From assembly GCA_964399495.1 (NCBI GenBank), contig CAYNQX010000017.1:11591-75590 (forward strand): 64,000 bases of DNA. The letters run 5' to 3'. The position numbers were made by a program, and so were the translations under genes. Positions 61,145 through 64,000 of the stretch are shown piece by piece. Source of the stretch: an uncultured bacterium. Its GTDB lineage: Bacteria > Krumholzibacteriota > Krumholzibacteriia > JACNKJ01. Below the pieces are notes generated by a model. It saw only the letters and a program-made list of their open reading frames with translations, was not told the DNA's origin and did not search any database. Every line of letters begins with the position of its first letter. Position 1 is the stretch's first letter.

Positions 61145-62416
61145 ATGAAACACGCCGCACTGGCCCTCGCGCTCCTGACCTTCATCTCGCCATCAGTTCT
61201 CGCACTCTGGGAACCGGTACCCGATCCGGGCGAGTTCGACGGCATCGAGCTCTTCCTGCCGGCCGACGACGCCCTCTACGCGGGCACCTTCATGGGCCAG
61301 GTCTACTCCAGCATCGATCATGGCGACAGCTGGCAGACCGTCGGCACCGGCCTGCCGGAGGAGTACGCACCGATCGCGAGCATGATCTTCGTCGGCGACC
61401 ACCTGGTCGCGAGCCGGATGGTGGGTCCGACCCACAACTACCGCTGCCTTCGCGTGAACGGCGCCTGGACCACCTGGGAACCGCTCCCCTATCAGGAGGG
61501 TCAGATCGACGCCTTCACGGTGATCGGCGAAACGCTCTTCGCGAGCCTCGCGGGCATCGTCCATCGCAGTGACGACCACGGCACGAGCTGGGTGGAGGTC
61601 ACGCAACCCGCGAGCGACCCGCTCTGGCAGATCTTCTCCACCGAGGGACGGCTCTTCGCCTCCGAGATGGAGACGAACGACGGCATGATCTACCGATCGG
61701 ACGATCTCGGCGAAAGCTGGACGCCGGTCGGCGCGGGCCTGGGCTCGTCCTATCTCTGCTCCTGGATCCACTTCCGGGGCACGCTCTACGTCTGCGTCTA
61801 TCACATGGGCGGCGACGGCACCTTCTGGGCCTCGAGCGACTTCGGCGACGGCTGGGAACTCGTCACGAACCTGCCGAGCACCTACAACATCAACGGGCTG
61901 GCCATCGCGGGCAACCAGCTCGTGTTCGGTGCATCGAGCGGTTACGCGGGGCCGCTGGGCAGCGTGTTCATGACCGATGACTTCGTGGACTACGAAACCT
62001 ACACCTACGATCTGCCCCAGGCCGCCCAGTCGGTGAACGATCTGTGGGTCCAGGACGGTTGGCTCTTCAAGAGCGGCGGCACCACCACCAAGTATCGCGC
62101 GGAGCTGCCATCGATGACCGCGGCGCCCGCTCTCCCCGCGGCGGGTATCGCGCTCGTCTCTCACCCCAATCCCTTCAATCCGAAGACACGGATCCGTTTC
62201 ACGCTCGATGAACCGGGCGTCGTCGAGCTCATGATCTTCGACGTCTCCGGGCGCGCCGTCGCCACCCTGATCGATGGCGAGCGTGCGGCCGGCGAGCATG
62301 CCGTCGACTGGTCGGCAAAGGACGAGTTCGGCCAAGCACTGGCCGGCGGGGTCTACCTGGCGCGGATTCTCACGCACGAGGGAGCCTCGAGTCGTAAGCT
62401 CGTTCTGCTGGAGTAG
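61145..62416 (+). CDS. Secreted BNR/Asp-box repeat protein with a T9SS-type C-terminal sorting domain
   Basis: Signal peptide. Four Asp-box repeats (SIDHGDSW, SDDHGTSW, SDDLGESW, SSDFGDGW). C-terminus HPNPFNPKTRIRF...LVLLE. Confidence 0.7.
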   Translation: MKHAALALALLTFISPSVLALWEPVPDPGEFDGIELFLPADDALYAGTFMGQVYSSIDHGDSWQTVGTGLPEEYAPIASMIFVGDHLVASRMVGPTHNYRCLRVNGAWTTWEPLPYQEGQIDAFTVIGETLFASLAGIVHRSDDHGTSWVEVTQPASDPLWQIFSTEGRLFASEMETNDGMIYRSDDLGESWTPVGAGLGSSYLCSWIHFRGTLYVCVYHMGGDGTFWASSDFGDGWELVTNLPSTYNINGLAIAGNQLVFGASSGYAGPLGSVFMTDDFVDYETYTYDLPQAAQSVNDLWVQDGWLFKSGGTTTKYRAELPSMTAAPALPAAGIALVSHPNPFNPKTRIRFTLDEPGVVELMIFDVSGRAVATLIDGERAAGEHAVDWSAKDEFGQALAGGVYLARILTHEGASSRKLVLLE

Positions 62417-62656
62417 TGATTCAAAGCGGCCTCATGGCCGCCCATCTCGTTGCATTCATGCAACATATCGCCAATTCGACTTGGAGTTCGTCTTGGTGAT
62501 TTTTTTTCCACTCGGGACTTGGTTCGGCAGCCGAACATAGTGTATACTCTGGTGCATCGGAATCCGCTCTCGAGCCGTGCTCGGAATGCTCAAGATCATG
62601 CGAGGGAGGATTCGTAAAATCGACACCTCCCGAAGCACACAACAAGGAGTCTCACT

Positions 62657-63349
62657 ATGAAGATTCGTGCTATCGCTCTCCTGGTCGCGCTGCTGATCCC
62701 GGTCGCGGCTCTCGCCCAGGCCCCCTACATGCAGGACTTCGAGTCCCTCCTCCCGGTCGACGGCCAGATGGCCGGCGACGGCTGGCTCGCCTATCACCAC
62801 CTCTTCGATGACGGCGGCAACTGGGTTGCCGGTTGGGGACATCCCACGCCCAACAACACCGGCGCCATCTGCGACATCGTCTCCGGCGAGGGCGGCCCGG
62901 ATCAGGGCGCCCAGCAGCTCGTCGCTTACAGCAACTACGGTGTCGCCGAGCACGGCAATCCCGGCTGGGTCCTCGAGACCAACCTGTACAAGGAGTGGCC
63001 CGTCGCCGCCGGCGAGGGCTACTGGTACTTCGCCTTCGACGCCAAGATGGGCAACCTAGAGGGCTCCAGCGAGGCCTACGCCTTCATCAAGGTCCTCGAT
63101 CCGGGCGCCGGCTGGGCCACCACCCAGTTCATCACGGCCGACATGACCAGCACGCCGTCCACCTGGACGCGCTACGGCCTCGAAGTGGACCTGTCCGGCA
63201 GCGCCGGCCAGATCGTCCAGATCGGCTTCATGAACCTGGCCGGCGGCTACGAGGGCTCCGGCATCTTCTACGACAACCTCGACTTCGGCGACGACCCCGC
63301 GGTCGCCACCGAGGACAACAGCATGAGCTCGATCAAGGCGCTGTACTAG
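62657..63349 (+). CDS. Secreted hypothetical protein
   Basis: Signal peptide MKIRAIALLVALLIPVAALA; no recognisable family; acidic and aromatic-rich. Confidence 0.4.
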   Translation: MKIRAIALLVALLIPVAALAQAPYMQDFESLLPVDGQMAGDGWLAYHHLFDDGGNWVAGWGHPTPNNTGAICDIVSGEGGPDQGAQQLVAYSNYGVAEHGNPGWVLETNLYKEWPVAAGEGYWYFAFDAKMGNLEGSSEAYAFIKVLDPGAGWATTQFITADMTSTPSTWTRYGLEVDLSGSAGQIVQIGFMNLAGGYEGSGIFYDNLDFGDDPAVATEDNSMSSIKALY

Positions 63350-63418
63350 GAACTGCCTCCGATGATCACGTCTCCATGCGTACGTGGACAGTGATCCGAT
63401 TGATAAGCTGTCACGAAA

Positions 63419-63456
63419 CCCCTCCACGAGATCTCGCGGAGGGGTGTTTCGTTTGC
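63419..63456 (+). terminator. Rho-independent terminator between convergent genes
   Basis: CCCCTCCACGAGATCTCGCGGAGGGG followed by TGTTTCGTTTG. Confidence 0.55.
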
Positions 63457-63485
63457 CGGTGTTGGCGAAGGTCGATGCTGTCCGC

Positions 63486-63854
63486 CTAGCCTTCGCCGAG
63501 CGCCGCGAGGGCCCCATCGACGCTCTCCGCCTTCTTCACGAGATCCCAGAGCATGATGACCGACAGACCCTCCCGCAGCCTGTCGCCCGCGCCGACGATC
63601 GTCACCGTACCTTCCGCGGTCTTGGCGAAGTTGTACATCGAGGCGAGGATGCCCATGCCGCTGCTGTTGGCGAACTCCAGACCGCCGAGATCGAGCACGA
63701 CGTGACGCCGGCCCTCATCGATGTCGACCTCCACGCGTTCGAGAAGGCCGTAGCCCTCCGGGGTTCCCAGGAGACGGCCGGCCAGGCGGTGGACGCCCAC
63801 GGCGAGATCCTCGGGGTACTCACTCTCGATTTTCAGGAGGGGACGCTTCGCCAT
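63486..63854 (-). CDS. STAS-domain anti-sigma-factor antagonist (SpoIIAA-like)
   Basis: 122 aa; LDLGGLEFANSSGMGILASM (phosphorylatable Ser motif). Confidence 0.75.
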   Translation of the reverse strand: MAKRPLLKIESEYPEDLAVGVHRLAGRLLGTPEGYGLLERVEVDIDEGRRHVVLDLGGLEFANSSGMGILASMYNFAKTAEGTVTIVGAGDRLREGLSVIMLWDLVKKAESVDGALAALGEG

Positions 63855-64000
63855 TGGAGGGTTCCTTTGCGGAGAGATGGGTTGGTGAAGGGAACGAAAC
63901 GCGCGAGTCCCGGCCCGGGAACCCGCCCGGGTCGGATCGAGAGGTTAACAGGTGGCAGGCGTCGCGCCAAGCTCATCCTACGCAGCGGACGGTACGAGTT

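Overview
This is a densely coded, high-GC (roughly 65-70%) bacterial chromosomal segment with about 60 genes. I called genes by reading the supplied six-frame translations for recognisable family motifs and refining start codons by eye.

Three blocks stand out.
(1) A complete type IVa pilus cluster (pilB, pilC, pilA, three minor pilins, pilMNOPQ, pilT, 37.4-48.2 kb). Its assembly ATPase pilB is split by a single in-frame TAG.
(2) A tightly overlapping minus-strand operon (49.0-58.2 kb). It encodes a four-subunit 2-oxoacid:ferredoxin oxidoreductase (delta, alpha, beta, gamma), then an HdrL-like NAD(P)H oxidoreductase with an MvhD domain, an HdrD/HdrCB-like CCG protein, and an HdrA-MvhD fusion. 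The hdrA gene carries an in-frame TGA at a conserved Cys position, making it a putative selenoprotein with a hairpin downstream. A small zinc-ribbon ORF ends the operon. Two terminator hairpins and two tiny ORFs (one with a perfect extended Shine-Dalgarno) lie upstream.
(3) A clear cobalamin riboswitch precedes a TonB-dependent (BtuB-like) receptor.

Other content includes carD, a tandem ThyX-like protein, glcD-E/glcF-like oxidase genes, lipA, NfnAB-like genes, lpd, a radical-SAM/DUF2344 fusion, cutA, arfB and a LuxR/TPR-kinase two-component pair. There are also an MCP with a C-terminal hemerythrin domain, two secreted proteins with T9SS-type C-terminal sorting domains, and an orphan FliD-like protein.

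I saw no rRNA, no confident tRNA and no CRISPR array. Many very long antisense ORFs in the track are high-GC artefacts.

The most plausible 'new' biology is the KOR-Hdr(Sec)-MvhD operon, a possible electron-bifurcating or confurcating 2-oxoacid module, together with its unusual leader region. All identifications come from reading the translations, so treat them as hypotheses to confirm by HMM or BLAST searches.
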